A program made the translations under genes and the position numbers. Below the pieces are notes generated by a model that searched no databases, was not told where the DNA came from, and was given only the letters and a program-made list of their open reading frames with translations. DNA of 63,588 nt, counting the filler, from Chiloscyllium plagiosum (taxonomy: Eukaryota): the NCBI RefSeq assembly GCF_004010195.1. It is 5 parts of one record of this genome, joined end to end, with 100 filler letters (N's around TTAATTAATTAA, not from the genome) between each part and the next. Parts side by side here need not be neighbours in the genome. Positions count along the whole stretch, not along the records: positions 1 to 22,898 come from NC_057710.1; 4 more parts are not named here. One strand, written 5' to 3'. Position 1 is the first letter of the stretch; each line of letters opens with the position of its first letter. Shown in pieces: positions 1 through 13,084 of this stretch.

Positions 1-93
1 GGACTAGATTGGGTTGGGATATCTGGTCGTCATGGATGGGTTGGACCAAAGGGTCTGTTTCCATGCTGTACATTTCTATGACTCTATGACTCT
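1..93 (+). mobile_element. 3' end of HER1/CR1-like LINE
   Basis: ggactagattgggttgggatatctggtc...ctatgactctatgactcta tail, nearly identical to the LINE ends at ~1717, ~5636, ~23385 and ~41904. Confidence 0.85.
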
Positions 94-1160
94 AAGAGAT
101 AGTTCTAACTGATGCATGAAGGGCAGGTAACAGATCCCAGCACTGTGGGCATGATTACCTGCCAGAGGTGGTAATGTCAGCAAGAGTTTCTTGGGGTGGG
201 GATTGTAGGGCGAGAGGTATAGGGCTGCAGCAGGATGAGCAGGAGGGTACTTCTCAGTAGCATTTCCTCTTCACACTTCTGCTACTCTTGATAAGACATT
301 GAGAACCTTTGGCCACCACATCTCTTCCTGGTGTGCATGTCACTTAGCGACAGACAAGGGGCAGGTAAGTGTCAGCAAATGGAGGCCCTTAACTGGTCAT
401 CAATTGCCACTTAAGGATCCCAGTTAATGATAAGGTGGAGAGGTTGACTATGGCATTTTCCAGTCAGGTCCCAACTCTGTCCGAGGTGGGAAGGTGGCAG
501 CTTTGTAGATTCAACATCATCCCCCATTCAATTAAATGTCTTTCCGGCCTCCATGTTTGATACCCAAGAGAATTGAAGGCAACTCTGTCCCAGGAGTGAG
601 CAAACTAGTGTGGTTACCTGGCAGTTGTAGCTCTCTAAATGTTCATCCTGGACAACATCCAAATGTTACTTTGCAACAATGTCCATTCATGTTCCATGGC
701 CACCACCGTCCTCGAAACCTCACCTGTTTGGGTTGGCATTGACAAACCACCAGCTTCACCACATCATCATGATGCTGTTGGATACGAGTTCAAACCTTCA
801 GCACTTCACTCTGAAGATCAGAGATGTCAAGAACTTGCAAGTCACTTGGCTTATAGACACAGGCACGCAAATTCTGCATCTGCACAGAATGCTTGCATTT
901 GAATACTCATACTTATTTCTGTTTATTTGTCTGTGTGTAACGAGGAGTTTATAAGGGATTAGAGTTTCAATTCACAGTTTTATATTCCAATGGTTTCTAA
1001 ATGTTTAACCTAGCTGAAGTCGAAATACTTGAAATAAATAATAATTCTTATTCAATACAGAAGCATTGTCTGTGCTTTTTATCAAACTGAAAATCAGATA
1101 AACTAAGCTGTGTATACTTTTCAAAATCTTTACTGTTTCTGTATACTTCAGGGGTTTAGT

Positions 1161-1717
1161 TTAATTCAGATAAATGCGGAGGTGCTGCATTTATGGAAAG
1201 CAAATCTTAGCAGGATTTATACACTTAATGATAAGGTCCTATGAAGTGTTGCTGAACAAAGTGACCTTGGAGTGCAGGTTCATAGCTCCTTGAAAGTGGA
1301 GTTGCAGGTAGATAGGATAGTGAAGAAGGCGTTTGGTATGCGTCCCTTTATTGGTCAGAGTATTGAGTACAGGAACTGGGAGGTCATGTTGCGGCTGTAC
1401 AGGACATTGGTTAGGCCACTGTTCGAATATTGTGTGCAATTCTGGTCTCCTTCCTATCGGAAAGATGTTGTGAAACTTGNNNNNNNNNNNNNNNNNNNNN
1501 NNNNNNNNNNNNNNNNNNNNNNNNNNNNNNGGAGGCTAGTACAATTGCAACATTTAAGATGCATTTGGATGGGTATATGAATAGGAAGGGTTTGGAGCGA
1601 TATGGGCCGGGTGCTGGCATGTGGGACTAGGTTGGGTTGGGATATCTGGTCGGCATGGACAGGTTGGAGCGAAGGGTCTGTTTCCATGCTGTACATCTCT
1701 ATGATTCTATGACTCTA
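1161..1717 (+). mobile_element. 5'-truncated HER1/CR1-like LINE (RT C-terminus and 3' UTR), with an internal N gap
   Basis: Encodes LYRTLVRPLFEYCVQFWSP, the CR1-clade RT C-terminal motif; ends in the ctatga-repeat tail. Confidence 0.9.
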
Positions 1718-2299
1718 TTCTGAACGTACCATCCCAGTGAGTTATAACACTTGTAATAAAGGCCAAAAGACTTTACATTCTGAACTGCTTGCTGTAGCTG
1801 CATGTTAACTTTCAGTGAGTCATGAACTGGGATACTCAGATTCCATTGAAGTTATGCCACACACGGCAAGCCTGACCAATTTAATATTGTCAGACAGGTT
1901 CACAGAGAGGCATCCATACTTTTACTGGAAGCTACATGTATATTGATAACCAGGGGATAGAAAGAACACACTTTGGCTATTTCAGCTCGATAAAATTGAT
2001 GGCAGCCATTCGCTAGTTCATTTCTCAGGGCAATATCCTGTCTAATCAGAGTCAACCTGCTTGGTTTAAGGTTTAAGCAAGAATAGCAGTTAATCTGAAT
2101 AATCATGAGTGGATGCATTCTCTATGGCAACACTTATCAAAGTCCACTTTTCAGCCATTCTGAGCACTCCTTTAATGCTGTTAAATGTTGTTTTCTCCTT
2201 GAGTTTGCGTTGTTCTGATTTGTCCTGTTGAGAACAAGGCAAAATTCTTCGAGAAATTACCACCCCCATTCGACTATTCTTGATTAGCTGTAAAACAAT

Positions 2300-4005
2300 A
2301 TTGAAGATGTCTTCAACAATGCTATCAAACAACATTTGCTTAACAATAACCTGCTCATCGATGCCCAGTTTAGGTTATGCCAGGATCACACAGCCCCTGA
2401 CCTCATAGGACCATCATTCAACCATCATGGACAAAATAATTGAATTCCAGAGGTGAGAGTGATTGTCCTTGACATTAAGGCTGCATTTCACTCAGAGTGG
2501 ATTAAGAAGCCCTAGCAAAACTAGAGTCAATCATGATCAGGTTGGAGTCATACTTGGCACAACTGAAGATTGGAGATCCAGGATCTCATGCAAGAATTCT
2601 TCAGCGGAATGTCCCAGGTCCAAACACCTTCAGCTGTTTCATTGATGACCTTCCCTTCAGTGTAAGGGCAGAAATGGGTGAAACTTGAAAGCATTCAGAA
2701 AAGATTTACAAGTTGTTGCCAGAGTTGAAGGATTTGACCTTCAACTAGCGAGAGGCTGAATAGGCTGGGGCTGTTTTTTTTTGGAGCATCAGAGGCTGAG
2801 TGGTGACCTTATAGAGATTTTTAAAACCGTGAGGGGCATGGATAGGGTAAATATACAAGTTCTTTTCCCTGGAGGGTGGGGGAGTCCAGGACTTGAGGGC
2901 ATAGGTTTAGGGTGAGAGAGGAAAAATTTAAAAGGGACCTAAGGGGGCAACGTTTTCACGCAGAAAGTGGTGCGTATCTGAAATGAGCTACCAAAGGAAT
3001 TGGTGGAGGCAGGTGCAACTACAACATTTAAAAGGCATCTGGATGGGTATATGAATAGGAAGGGTTTGGAGGGATATGGGCCAACTGCTGGCAAATGGGA
3101 CTAGATTTGGTTAGGATGTCTGGTTAGCATGGATGAGTTGGACCAAAGGGTTTGTTTCCATGCTGTACATCTCTATGATTCTATGACTGATCAATGATTG
3201 GCACCATTCGTGATTCCTCAGGTACTGAAGAAGTCTGTGTCCAAATGCAGCAAGAATTGGACAATATCCAGATTTAGGCTGGCAAGTGGTGAGTAACATT
3301 TTGACCACATGAATGTTACGTATGGCCATCTCCAATAGAGAGAATCTAACCATTGTCACGTGATATTCAATGGCATCGCCATGACTGATTCTCGCACTAC
3401 CAACAACTTTAGGTTACTATTGACCAGAAATTGAGTTGGACAGCCACATAAATATAATGGTTACGAGAGCAGATTAGAGACTAGGAATACTGCAGTGAGT
3501 AACTCACCTCCTGACTCCCCAATGTCTGTTCACCAAGACATAAATCAGGGTTATGATGGAATATGCCCCAATTACCTGGGTGATACTAGTCCAGGGCAAA
3601 ACAGTGCATGTGATTGACACTAGATCCACAAATACCCAATCCCTGCACCACTGAAGCTCGATAGCAGCAGTGTGTACCATTTACAAGATGCATTGCAGAA
3701 ATTCACCAAAGACCTTCAGACAGCACCTTCCAAAGACAAGGGCAGTAGATATACAGAAACACCACCATCTACAAATTCCCTTCCAAGCCACTCATCATCC
3801 TGACTTGAAAATATATTGCCATTCCTTCTCTGCCACTGGATTAAAATTCGGGAACTCCCTCTCGCAGGGCAATATGGGTCTACCCACAGCACATGGATGA
3901 CAGTGGTTTAAGGAGGCAGCTCACCCCCACCTTCTCAAGGGCAGCTAAGGATGGGCAATAAATATTGGCCCAGCCAGTGACACCCACATTCTGAGAGTGG
4001 ATAAA
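2300..4005 (+). mobile_element. Older CR1-clade LINE (second family), RT to 3' end, split by a nested HER1-like copy
   Basis: Decayed AIKQHLLNNNL..DAQF..HxAPDL segment like ORF 59070..59378; resumes after 3188 and runs to the cacccccaccttctcaagggca..aataaatattggcc 3' end also seen near 55910. Confidence 0.75.
2678..3188 (+). mobile_element. HER1/CR1-like LINE 3' fragment nested in the older LINE
   Basis: Runs from gtgaaacttgaaagcattcagaaaagatttacaag to the ctatgattctatgact tail; matches 5140-5636. Confidence 0.9.
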
Positions 4006-4710
4006 TAAATCTAAAAAACATAAATCTCAGGATTTTCATTGGAATGCACCCAAAATTCGAATTGTCATAAATCTGTGTAAATAGTTCAGACTCAAGAAAA
4101 TGCTGAGATCTTAACATCATATTTCATTTTTGAATCTTGAAACTTTCAATTTATTTGTTCATCATTCAAGCACATCAGACACAGCAGGTTAAACAATCTT
4201 CAATCAGAGAAGTATTTCCATTTCAAATGTAGCTTATACTTGGCAATAAAAACACATGAAAAGAAATTGAAAATGCAGAGCAGGAGGCAGTGGAGTCTAA
4301 AGATATAAAAAATGATGAAAGAATCACAACCAATAGGACAGAAGATTGATTTTGTTTCTTGCTTTGCTTGAAATCTGGATTTGACCTCACTTGACCCCTG
4401 CAACCAGAGAACATTCATTTGAATGACAGTGTTGTACGAGGGCTGAGAGTCATTCTAACAAAGGCTTTGATGAATAAGTAAAGGCATGAGATCCAGACAT
4501 TGTGGTGGCACTAAAATGCTAAACCTCATATTCCAAGACCGTAGCATTGGTTTGTAGCTAGATGTGTATTTGGTATGAAGTAATACATGAGTTTCTATTA
4601 TCTACTGCAAGCCTGCATTTTTGCTATAACAAATAGGAAACCTCAGGAATAAAAGCCACAGCTCTGTGAAAATGAAGCAAACAACAATCAAATGAAGAAA
4701 CACTCAGGAG

Positions 4711-5636
4711 GTAGTAAGTTTGCAGATGACACCAAGATTGGAGGTGTTAGTGGACAGTGAAGAAGGTTACCTCCAGATTGCAATGAGATCTTGATCAGAT
4801 GGACAAATGGGCTGAGAAGTGGCAGATGGAATTTAATTTAGATAAATGCGAGGTGCTGCATTTGGGAAAGCAAATCTTAGCAGGACTTATACACTTAATG
4901 GTAAGGTCCTAGGGAGTGTTGCTGAACAAAGAGACCTTGGAGTGCAGGTTCATAGCTCCTTGAAAGTGGAGTCGCAGGTAGAAAGGATAGTGAAGAATAC
5001 ATTCGGTATGCTTTCCTTTATTGGCCAGAGTACTGAGTACAGGAGTTGGGAGGTCATGTTACGGCTGTACAGGACATTGGTTAGGCCATTGTTGGAATAT
5101 TGCATGCAATTCTGGTCTCCTTCCTATCGGAAAGATGTTGTCAAACTTGGAAGGGTTCAGAAAAGATTTACAAGGATGTTGCCAGGGTTGGAGGATTTGA
5201 GCTATAGGGAGAAGCTGAACAGGCTGGGCTGTTTTCCCTGGAGCATCGGAGGCTGAGGGGTGACCTTATAGAGGTTTACAAAATTATGAGGGACAAGGAT
5301 AGGATAAATAGACAAAGCCTTTTCCCTGGGGTCGGGGAATCCAGAACTAGAGGGCATAGGTTTAGGGTGAGAGGGGAAAGATATAAAAAATACCTCAGGG
5401 GCAACATTTTCACGCAGAGGGTGGTACGTGTATGGAATGATCTGCCAGGGGATGTGGTGGAGGCTGGTACAACTGTAACATTTAAGAGGCATTTGGATGG
5501 GTATATGAATAGGAAGGGTTTGGAGGGATATGGGCCAGGAGCAGGCAGATGGGCATAGATTGGGTTGGGATATCTGGTTGTCATGGACGGGTTGGACTGA
5601 AGGGTTTGTTTCTTTGCTGTACATCTTCATGATTCT
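4711..5636 (+). mobile_element. HER1/CR1-like LINE, RT (KFADDTK) to 3' tail
   Basis: aagtttgcagatgacaccaag = KFADDTK; ORFs 4846..5256 and 5286..5558 are frameshifted CR1 ORF2 C-terminus. Confidence 0.92.
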
Positions 5637-5810
5637 AGGTCTGTCAGCATCTGTGGAGAGAAATCAGCATTAATGTTTTGGGTCCAGTGACCCTTCCTGA
5701 GAATGAAAGGTTAACTCTGATTTCTTTCCACAGATGCTGCCAGACCTGCTGAGCCTTTCCAGCAATTTTTGGTTTTGTTTCTGATTCACAGCATCCGGAC
5801 TTCTTTTGGA
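5637..5810. mobile_element. PLE terminal-repeat fragments in inverted arrangement (family 3)
   Basis: Arms 5637-5673 and 5711-5747 are near reverse complements; a degenerate hammerhead lies between them on the minus strand; related copies at ~18440, ~37850 and ~56390. Confidence 0.65.
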
Positions 5811-6871
5811 AGTTAATACGCAAATGAAGAACTTTTGTTGAAATCGCACCTTTAGCATATTAAAACCTCCTGAGGTACTTCACAAGAACATGTTAAAACA
5901 GATTACGCCACTTTGCCACATAAGGAAGTGTTCCGCCAGATGATTAAATGATTTTTTTTTTGCTTCTTCATGAGATGTGGGCATCATTGACAAGGCCAGC
6001 ATTTGTTGCCTGTCCAGCCCTATTTGCCTTTGAACTGAGGCAACACGCTGCTGTGGGTCTGGAGTTACACGTACGCCGGGCCAGGTTAGGATGACAGATT
6101 TCCATCCCAAAAGGGCATTAGTGAGCAAAATGGGCTTGACAACAATTGATTGTCATTACTCAGATTTATTTTCACTTTGAGATTTTCCTTTTAATTCATT
6201 GAGTCCAAATTCAACCAGCTGCTGTGCTGGGATTTGAAATGCCAGAGAAATGGCTCAGACATCTGGATTACAATGGCCTTGGCCAAAGAAGTATGTTTGA
6301 AGGAGGATTTTAAAGGAAGGAGGCACTGGGATGTCAGGAAGAAATTCCAGAGGTTCGGAAGGAGATAATGAAAGCATGGCCACCATTGGCGGACCAACTA
6401 TAAACAAAGCACATGCTAATTTCTTTTTAGTTATTCATTCACTTGTGAGATATTAGTGGAACTTGTGGGATGTGGGCAACACTGGCTCAGCCAACATTTA
6501 TTGCCCATCCCTTGAGAAGTTGGTGGTGAGCTGCTTTCTTGAACTGCTGCAGTTTACTTACTGTGGGTTGACCCACAGTGACAATTCTCTTAAATGACCA
6601 TGTTTGAAGAAAAGTCCTGGAAATCTCGAGAAAATTATATCCTGGAGTTTCACCAGCTTTTCCACACAAACATATAACCTGACACGAATGGTTATCAAGG
6701 GCACAGCATGAACTTTTAGCCATCCATCTTGCATCATGTCAAGCAATCATTTGGGGCTTGCCTGCCTGTTTACACTTAGAGGTGAGTGAAAACCAAATGA
6801 CCAACCTATCTCATGCTGATATGAATTATGTCGGTAATTATGAACCTCTCATTAGGATCGAGCATAAGAGA

Positions 6872-7544
6872 TACAGTTAGTAAGTTTGCAGATGACACCA
6901 AAATTGGAGGTATAGTGGACAGCGAAGAGGGTTACCTCAGATTACAACAGGATCTGGACCAGATGGGCCAATGGGCTAAGAAGTGGCAGATGGAGTTTAA
7001 TTCAGATAAATGCGAGGTGCTACATTTTGGGAAAGCAATCTTAGCAGGACTTATACACTTAATGGTAAGGTCCTAGGGAGTGTTGCTGAAAAAAGAAACA
7101 TTGGAGTGCAAGTTCATAGCTCCTTGAAAGTGGAGTCACAGGTAGATAGGATAGTGAAGAAGGCGTTTGGTATGCTTTCTTTTATTGGTCAGAATTTTGA
7201 GTTGGGAGGTCATGTTGCGGCTGTACAGGGCGTTGGTTAGGCCACTTTTGGAATATTGTGTGTAATTCTGGTCTCCTTCCTATCAGAAAGATGTTGTAAA
7301 ACTTGAAAGGGTTCAGAAAAGATTTACAAGGATGTTGCCAGGGTTGGAGGATTTGAGCTATAGGGAGAAGCTGAACAGGCTGGGGCTGTTTCCCCTGGAG
7401 TGTCGGAGGCTGAGGGGTGACCTTATAGAGGTTTACAAAATTATGAAGGGCGTGGGTAAATGGACAAAGTCTTTTCCCTGGGGTTGGAGAGTCCAGAACT
7501 GGAGGGCATAGGTTTAGGGTGAGAGGGGAAATATATAAAAGTGA
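6872..7544 (+). mobile_element. HER1/CR1-like LINE RT and 3' fragment, ending at a gap
   Basis: VSKFADDTKIGG...WQMEFNSDKCEVLHFG in ORF 6828..7076. Confidence 0.92.
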
Positions 7545-7986
7545 NNNNNNNNNNNNNNNNNNNNNNNNNNNNNNNNNNNNNNNNNNNNNNNNNNNNNNNN
7601 NNNNNNNNNNNNNNNNNNNNNNNNNNNNNNNNNNNNNNNNNNNNNNNNNNNNNNNNNNNNNNNNNNNNNNNNNNNNNNNNNNNNNNNNNNNNNNNNNNNN
7701 NNNNNNNNNNNNNNNNNNNNNNNNNNNNNNNNNNNNNNNNNNNNNNNNNNNNNNNNNNNNNNNNNNNNNNNNNNNNNNNNNNNNNNNNNNNNNNNNNNNN
7801 NNNNNNNNNNNNNNNNNNNNNNNNNNNNNNNNNNNNNNNNNNNNNNNNNNNNNNNNNNNNNNNNNNNNNNNNNNNNNNNNNNNNNNNNNNNNNNNNNNNN
7901 NNNNNNNNNNNNNNNNNNNNNNNNNNNNNNNNNNNNNNNNNNNNNNNNNNNNNNNNNNNNNNNNNNNNNNNNNNNNNNNNNNNNNN

Positions 7987-8166
7987 AAACCTCTATAAGG
8001 TCACCCCTCAGCCTCCGACACTCCAGGGAAAATAGCCCCAGCCTGTTCAGCCTCTCCCTGTAGCTCAGATCCTCCAACCCTGGCAACATCCTTGTAAATC
8101 TTTTCTGAACCCTTTCAAGTTTCACAACATCTTTCCGATAGGAAGGAGACCAGAATTGCACGCAAT
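7987..8166 (-). mobile_element. HER1/CR1-like LINE fragment
   Basis: [28 protein letters not shown]...RLRGDLIEV on the minus strand. Confidence 0.9.
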
Positions 8167-9171
8167 TACTGAGTGAATGAATACATTTTTCTTAACTCAT
8201 TATCAAAGAAGTCAGGCCGGAAAGACATGAATGAACAAACATTTATTAACCTTACAATGTTAGCAGCTCTGAAACTGGAACATTGAATATGCAAATAATT
8301 GGTAGATAAGGTTAATGGCAAAATGGATAACTGAGGTTACAAAAGTTCAATTCTGTTCCGTAATTCCACCCTAACTGCTCGGTGATTATATATTTATAGC
8401 TGAGATCATTGTCTGTGATTGATGTAAATTTGCGAGATTAATTTAGAATGAGACTCCTTAGATAATTGACAAGTTTGTAGCATTAGATTGCTAGTTTATT
8501 GAATAAAGTCGCTGATTGGAATAGAAGATTGAGAGAGAGAGACATAATGAGAAGCTGAATTAATATCGTCCATCATGCAACATCCTGCAAATGCCTTTGC
8601 TGCTGCTATTGTTTGTAGAATTTGTGTCACATGACAATCGGGAGAGGGGAAATTGCTCGAGTTCATTATAAAACATTTAACAGCAAAGCACTCAGAAACG
8701 GAGACAGGGTTGGGCAGGGTCAGCTTAGATTTACGAAAGGGAAATCATGTTTGACAAAGGGATGGAATGTTTTGAGGATGTAAATAAGAGAGTATGGAGT
8801 GGATGAGGACAGCCATTTTTAAATTTTAAATAGAAGAATCATGTGGAAGAAATAATAAACCGTTTATTGTATCACTGCAACTGCTGACATGAATATGACC
8901 TACATTCATGTAGCCTCACGTCTAGCCTCACGTCTGTCCACTACCAGCTCCTTCTTTACTCTGACCAAGTCTGTGAGACACCATCACAGTGGGTACTGTT
9001 TACTGCACTCCATCAAATACTAACCTTTTCAGATCCGCATACAATGTCATCCTCCACCCCACCTCGCACTATTTTTTTAACACTTGCTTATATCTTTATA
9101 TTTACATGCCCTATCTCACCCTCTGTCCTTGACTTTACAGATTCAGACAATCAGGTGGCACAGGGCTCAGG

Positions 9172-9505
9172 GGTGGCATGGTGGCTGAATGGTTAGCACT
9201 GCTACCTTACAATGCAAGGGGCCTGGGTTTGATTCCAGCCTCAGGTGACTGTCTGTGTGGAGTTTGCACGTTCTTCACGTGTCTGTGTGGGCTTCCTCCG
9301 AGTGCTCCAGTTTCCTCCCCCAGTCCAAAGATGTGCAGATGAGGTGAATTAGCCATGCTAAATTGTTTAGGTTAGGTGCATTAGTCAGGGAAGGTAAGGT
9401 AATAGCATAGGGGAGCGGGTTTAGGTGGGATACTCTTTGGAGGGTTGGTGAGGACCTGTTGGGCCAAATGGCCTGTTTCCACACTCTAGGGACTCTATGA
9501 TTCCA
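9172..9505 (+). mobile_element. HE1-like tRNA-derived SINE
   Basis: A-box tggctgaatgg, B-box-like ggtttgattcc, core tgtgtggagtttgcac, LINE-like 3' tail. Confidence 0.85.
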
Positions 9506-9562
9506 TTATGTTCCCTGATCATGTCATCTTTGGATTTCACAAAATTGTTGGGTAGAAGTTGT

Positions 9563-9665
9563 GATGTAGAGATGCTGGTGCTGGACTGGAGTAGATAACG
9601 TCAAAAATCACACAACACCAGGTTGTTTGGAAGCACAAGCTTTCGTAGCGCTGCTCCTTTGTCAG
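9563..9665 (-). mobile_element. PLE terminal-repeat fragment (family 2) with degenerate hammerhead
   Basis: Minus strand ctgacaaaggagcagcgctacgaaagcttg followed by aacctggtgttgtgtgattttt; same family at 13425, 51440 and 52530. Confidence 0.6.
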
Positions 9666-9894
9666 TTGGCTTGTTTTCTTGATGGACAGAGGTCTGCACT
9701 TCTCTCTTGAACTTGAGAAACTTTATACTCTTACATTTGTTTTGTACATAACTTCAACAATTTACATTCATTCTTACAGATCATTGAATCATAAAATCAT
9801 AGAATCCCTCCAGTGCGGAAGCAGGCAATTCAGCCCATTGAGTCCACACCCACCTTCTGAAGAACATTCCCCGGTTATTTTGACCTAGTTTTGA

Positions 9895-10135
9895 CTAGAT
9901 TCCCTACAGTATGGAAACAGGCCCTTTGGCCCAACAAATCCACACCAACCCTCTGAAGAGCGACCCACCTAGACCCATTCTCCTACATTTACACCTGTCT
10001 AATCCACCGAACACTACGGGCAACTTAGCATGGCCAATTCACCTAACCTGCACATCTTTGGACTGTGGGAGGAATCCATAGCACTGGAGGACACTCACGC
10101 AGACCTGGGAGAAACTCCACACAGGCCGTCAGCCA
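9895..10135 (-). mobile_element. HE1-like SINE (partial)
   Basis: Reverse complement of SINE body and tail (acctgcacatctttggactgtgggagg). Confidence 0.8.
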
Positions 10136-10274
10136 AGAGAGGTATTTAAAAAGAGGTTTTAAGCCAGATATACCAAGCTGTCTACTTGAAAATCCAGTAA
10201 AGTAAACAGCTTGTGAGGCCTTGGGATTTTTTAAAAAGTTGGAACAATAGAAGCAACCTGAATTGGTGTGGCCA

Positions 10275-10505
10275 GACCCATCCCCTGACCCTATCCCTGT
10301 AACCCTGCATTTCCCATGGCTAATTCACCTAGCGTGCACATATCTGGACGTTATGGACAATTTATATTGGCCAATCCACCTGACTTGCACATCTTTGGAC
10401 TGTGGGAGGAAACCGGAGCACCCAGAGGAAACTGATGCAATCACAAGGAGAATGTGCAAACTCCATACAGACAGTCCCCCGACCCTGGTCCTGTGAGGTA
10501 GCAGT
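10275..10505 (-). mobile_element. HE1-like SINE (partial)
   Basis: gcacatctttggactgtgggaggaaaccggagcacc...tgtgcaaactcc...ctgtgaggtagcagtgc. Confidence 0.8.
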
Positions 10506-10681
10506 GCAAAGCTTTATTCTTATTCCCCTGATCTGTGCTGTGTAGATTTATTGTTTTAGATTCTTGAATAATGTGTGCTGCCTCCTAGTGATTTAATTTC
10601 TTTAGAAAGGCTTATATGTCAGTGCAAACTTGGTGGGCCAGAGAGTCTGTTCCTGTACTGCTCTTTAATCTTTTGTTCTTT

Positions 10682-11200
10682 TGTTATGGACCAGACCAGA
10701 CCCCCTCAAGATATTTAAGAAGGTAGCCTGGACCCTAATGTTTTCTTATTTTAAAGGCAAATGTAATGTGCTGCATTCCAGATGCAACATGATCAGTCAA
10801 ACTACTCGATGTTAAGCGAAACACAATTTATTTAAACACTACAGTTAAACTACAAAAAAAGGAAAAAGTGAACTTAGAATAACTTAACTTGTTGGAAGAT
10901 TTAACCAAATGATAGGTACAATAACTATTACTAATTAACTGCTTCAATGTAGTAAGATCCTGTAAATATCACCCCTTGGCAAAAAACGCAAATTCAGAAA
11001 AGTAGACATGTCTCATGGGTAACCCAGCCGCAGAGAGAAACCCCAACCTCTAGCTGTAACCAAGAGAGGGAAAAGATAGCTTCATCTTCTTCAATACTCC
11101 AGCAGCTCCTGCCATGTTGAGACTCCAACACCAACTGCTTAAAGCTAAACCTAAACGCTTCAAAAAAAAAGTAGAAATTCTGGTCTGTGAGCTGCCCCAG
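10682..11200 (-). mobile_element. LTR-like fragment (putative solo-LTR 3' part)
   Basis: Minus strand ends in ...cataaca (tgtta on +), with aataaa ~145 nt upstream; no coding potential; family inferred from general appearance only. Confidence 0.4.
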
Positions 11201-13084
11201 ATTCCATAAGATTCCGAATCAGAAGTGAGAATTGAGTGCAATTGATTGCTAGGATTGATTGAATTGATTGGTTGGAAAGTAAGAATTAATCTTAACAATG
11301 CCAATGTTTAATGGGAATCTCAGAACCTGATGGCCACACAAGACGTGTCAAACACATTAATTGTCAATCTGTAAATCCTTTCCACATGGAAGGCCATATG
11401 ATGAGGGAGCATTGGTGAGAATCTTTTCTGGTTAGCCCGAAGCACACTGTGATTGGTGATGGCAACACAAAAGCCAGCCCTCCATTAAAAGTCTCCGTGT
11501 GCAGGTTCTCGCTATGAGGGAGAATCAGCCTTGGTCTGAGGGTCCAGCAAACACACACTGATTCTCTTTTTGTTCACTGTATTAGAAGTGAAGTGAAGAT
11601 GCATTATTCACTGAAGAACTTGCAACATGTTACTGAATTACTACATTCATCCTGGCCAAAACTGAGAGAATGCAGAGTCAATTTTTAAACCCTTTTCACC
11701 AACTTCAAGACTGTATAGCCAACCAATGAGACCGTCGCAGTCGAGTTATCTCAGTGGCTAGGTTCAAAAGCCTTAATTCAAACTATGTACCTCTCAAACA
11801 TCTTGGACAGCATTCAAGTGAATATATCCAGCAGGCCGAACTGTGCAGACCATCATTTGCAAGATCACAAACTGCATAAACTGTATTATAGCTGAACAAT
11901 TGATTGCCTAGTGCTGTGTGGAACATTTAACAGATTCACGTTCAGAGCCTTAAAAAATAAAATGCAAACTGATTTGGATTATCAGCAGAGTCTGTGTGAA
12001 GCAGTGCACTACCTTCCAAATTGAAAATGACATTGCACTACCTAAATAAGAATGCAACGCGTGATATCAGATGGGGAAAAAATAATACATTTTCTTTCCT
12101 TAGAAAATCCAATTTGGAACATATGCCACTCGGTGATCTTCTATTCTCAACTGAGAATGGACTGGAAGATGGAGCCTCTGATTACTTCTGAAGGATTCTG
12201 CTCTGGTTTGACAGGGGGCCTGTACAGCTCGAACCCAGGAGATCTGAAACCTCATCAATCATCAGCCACTTGTTAGGTCCTAGCAATAGAGAGAAGAAAA
12301 AAAAACTGAATTGATTTTAGAGTGGCTGAAAGATTGGTTTTTATATCAAAAAAATTGCTATTAGCTTGTAGCAGTTTGCACCACTCTGGAACTAATGGTA
12401 GTAATGAAAGATATATGTTGATAGAAAGTATGGAGTACATTTAGAATAAAGCTTTAAAGTGGCACCACTTTCTCATAACAAATAGATAAGACACAATATA
12501 ATGCATTTAGAATGAATTTTTTTTTGAGACAAGAGAGTTCAGTTCCTAACTGCCTCTGAAGTGTTTTCTAGGGTTAGAATATTAACTTGGGTAGGACCCA
12601 CTGAAATAGGCTGCGGCTCTTATGTTAGGCCAGATTCTAAACCATGACCATGGCTTCAGTCAGAGTGAATGAATTGTCTGTAACCATCTTTTCCTCATCA
12701 ATACTGTCTTGCTCCTCTAAAATAAACACCAATGTTGGATTCCCTTCTAAGGAACAGTCACCAGTCAGGATATTACAGGACTTAGCAGCAAGAGGAGGTG
12801 ATCAGGCCAATCAAACCTATTCCACCCTGCAATAATATTAAGGCTGATCTTGTGATTTCAACTCCACTTTCCATTCTGTTTGATTCCCTTTCAATCTCAG
12901 CAGAGCAGGATATTAGACCAATTACTTTGGTGATGAAGCACAATCTACCCATTGGGCAAAACTTTGTCCTAATTTCCCTCTTAGACGCACACAAAGGATC
13001 CTGTTGAATAATTCAGGAGACTTCTCCTTTGTGTCCTGAGCAACACTTAATCTGCTCACAACATCACCACATCAGAATAATTGA

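Noticed and set aside
7514..8161. Long ORFs spanning N runs (also 14951..15799 and 15019..15555)
   Set aside because: Open only because N codons are not stops
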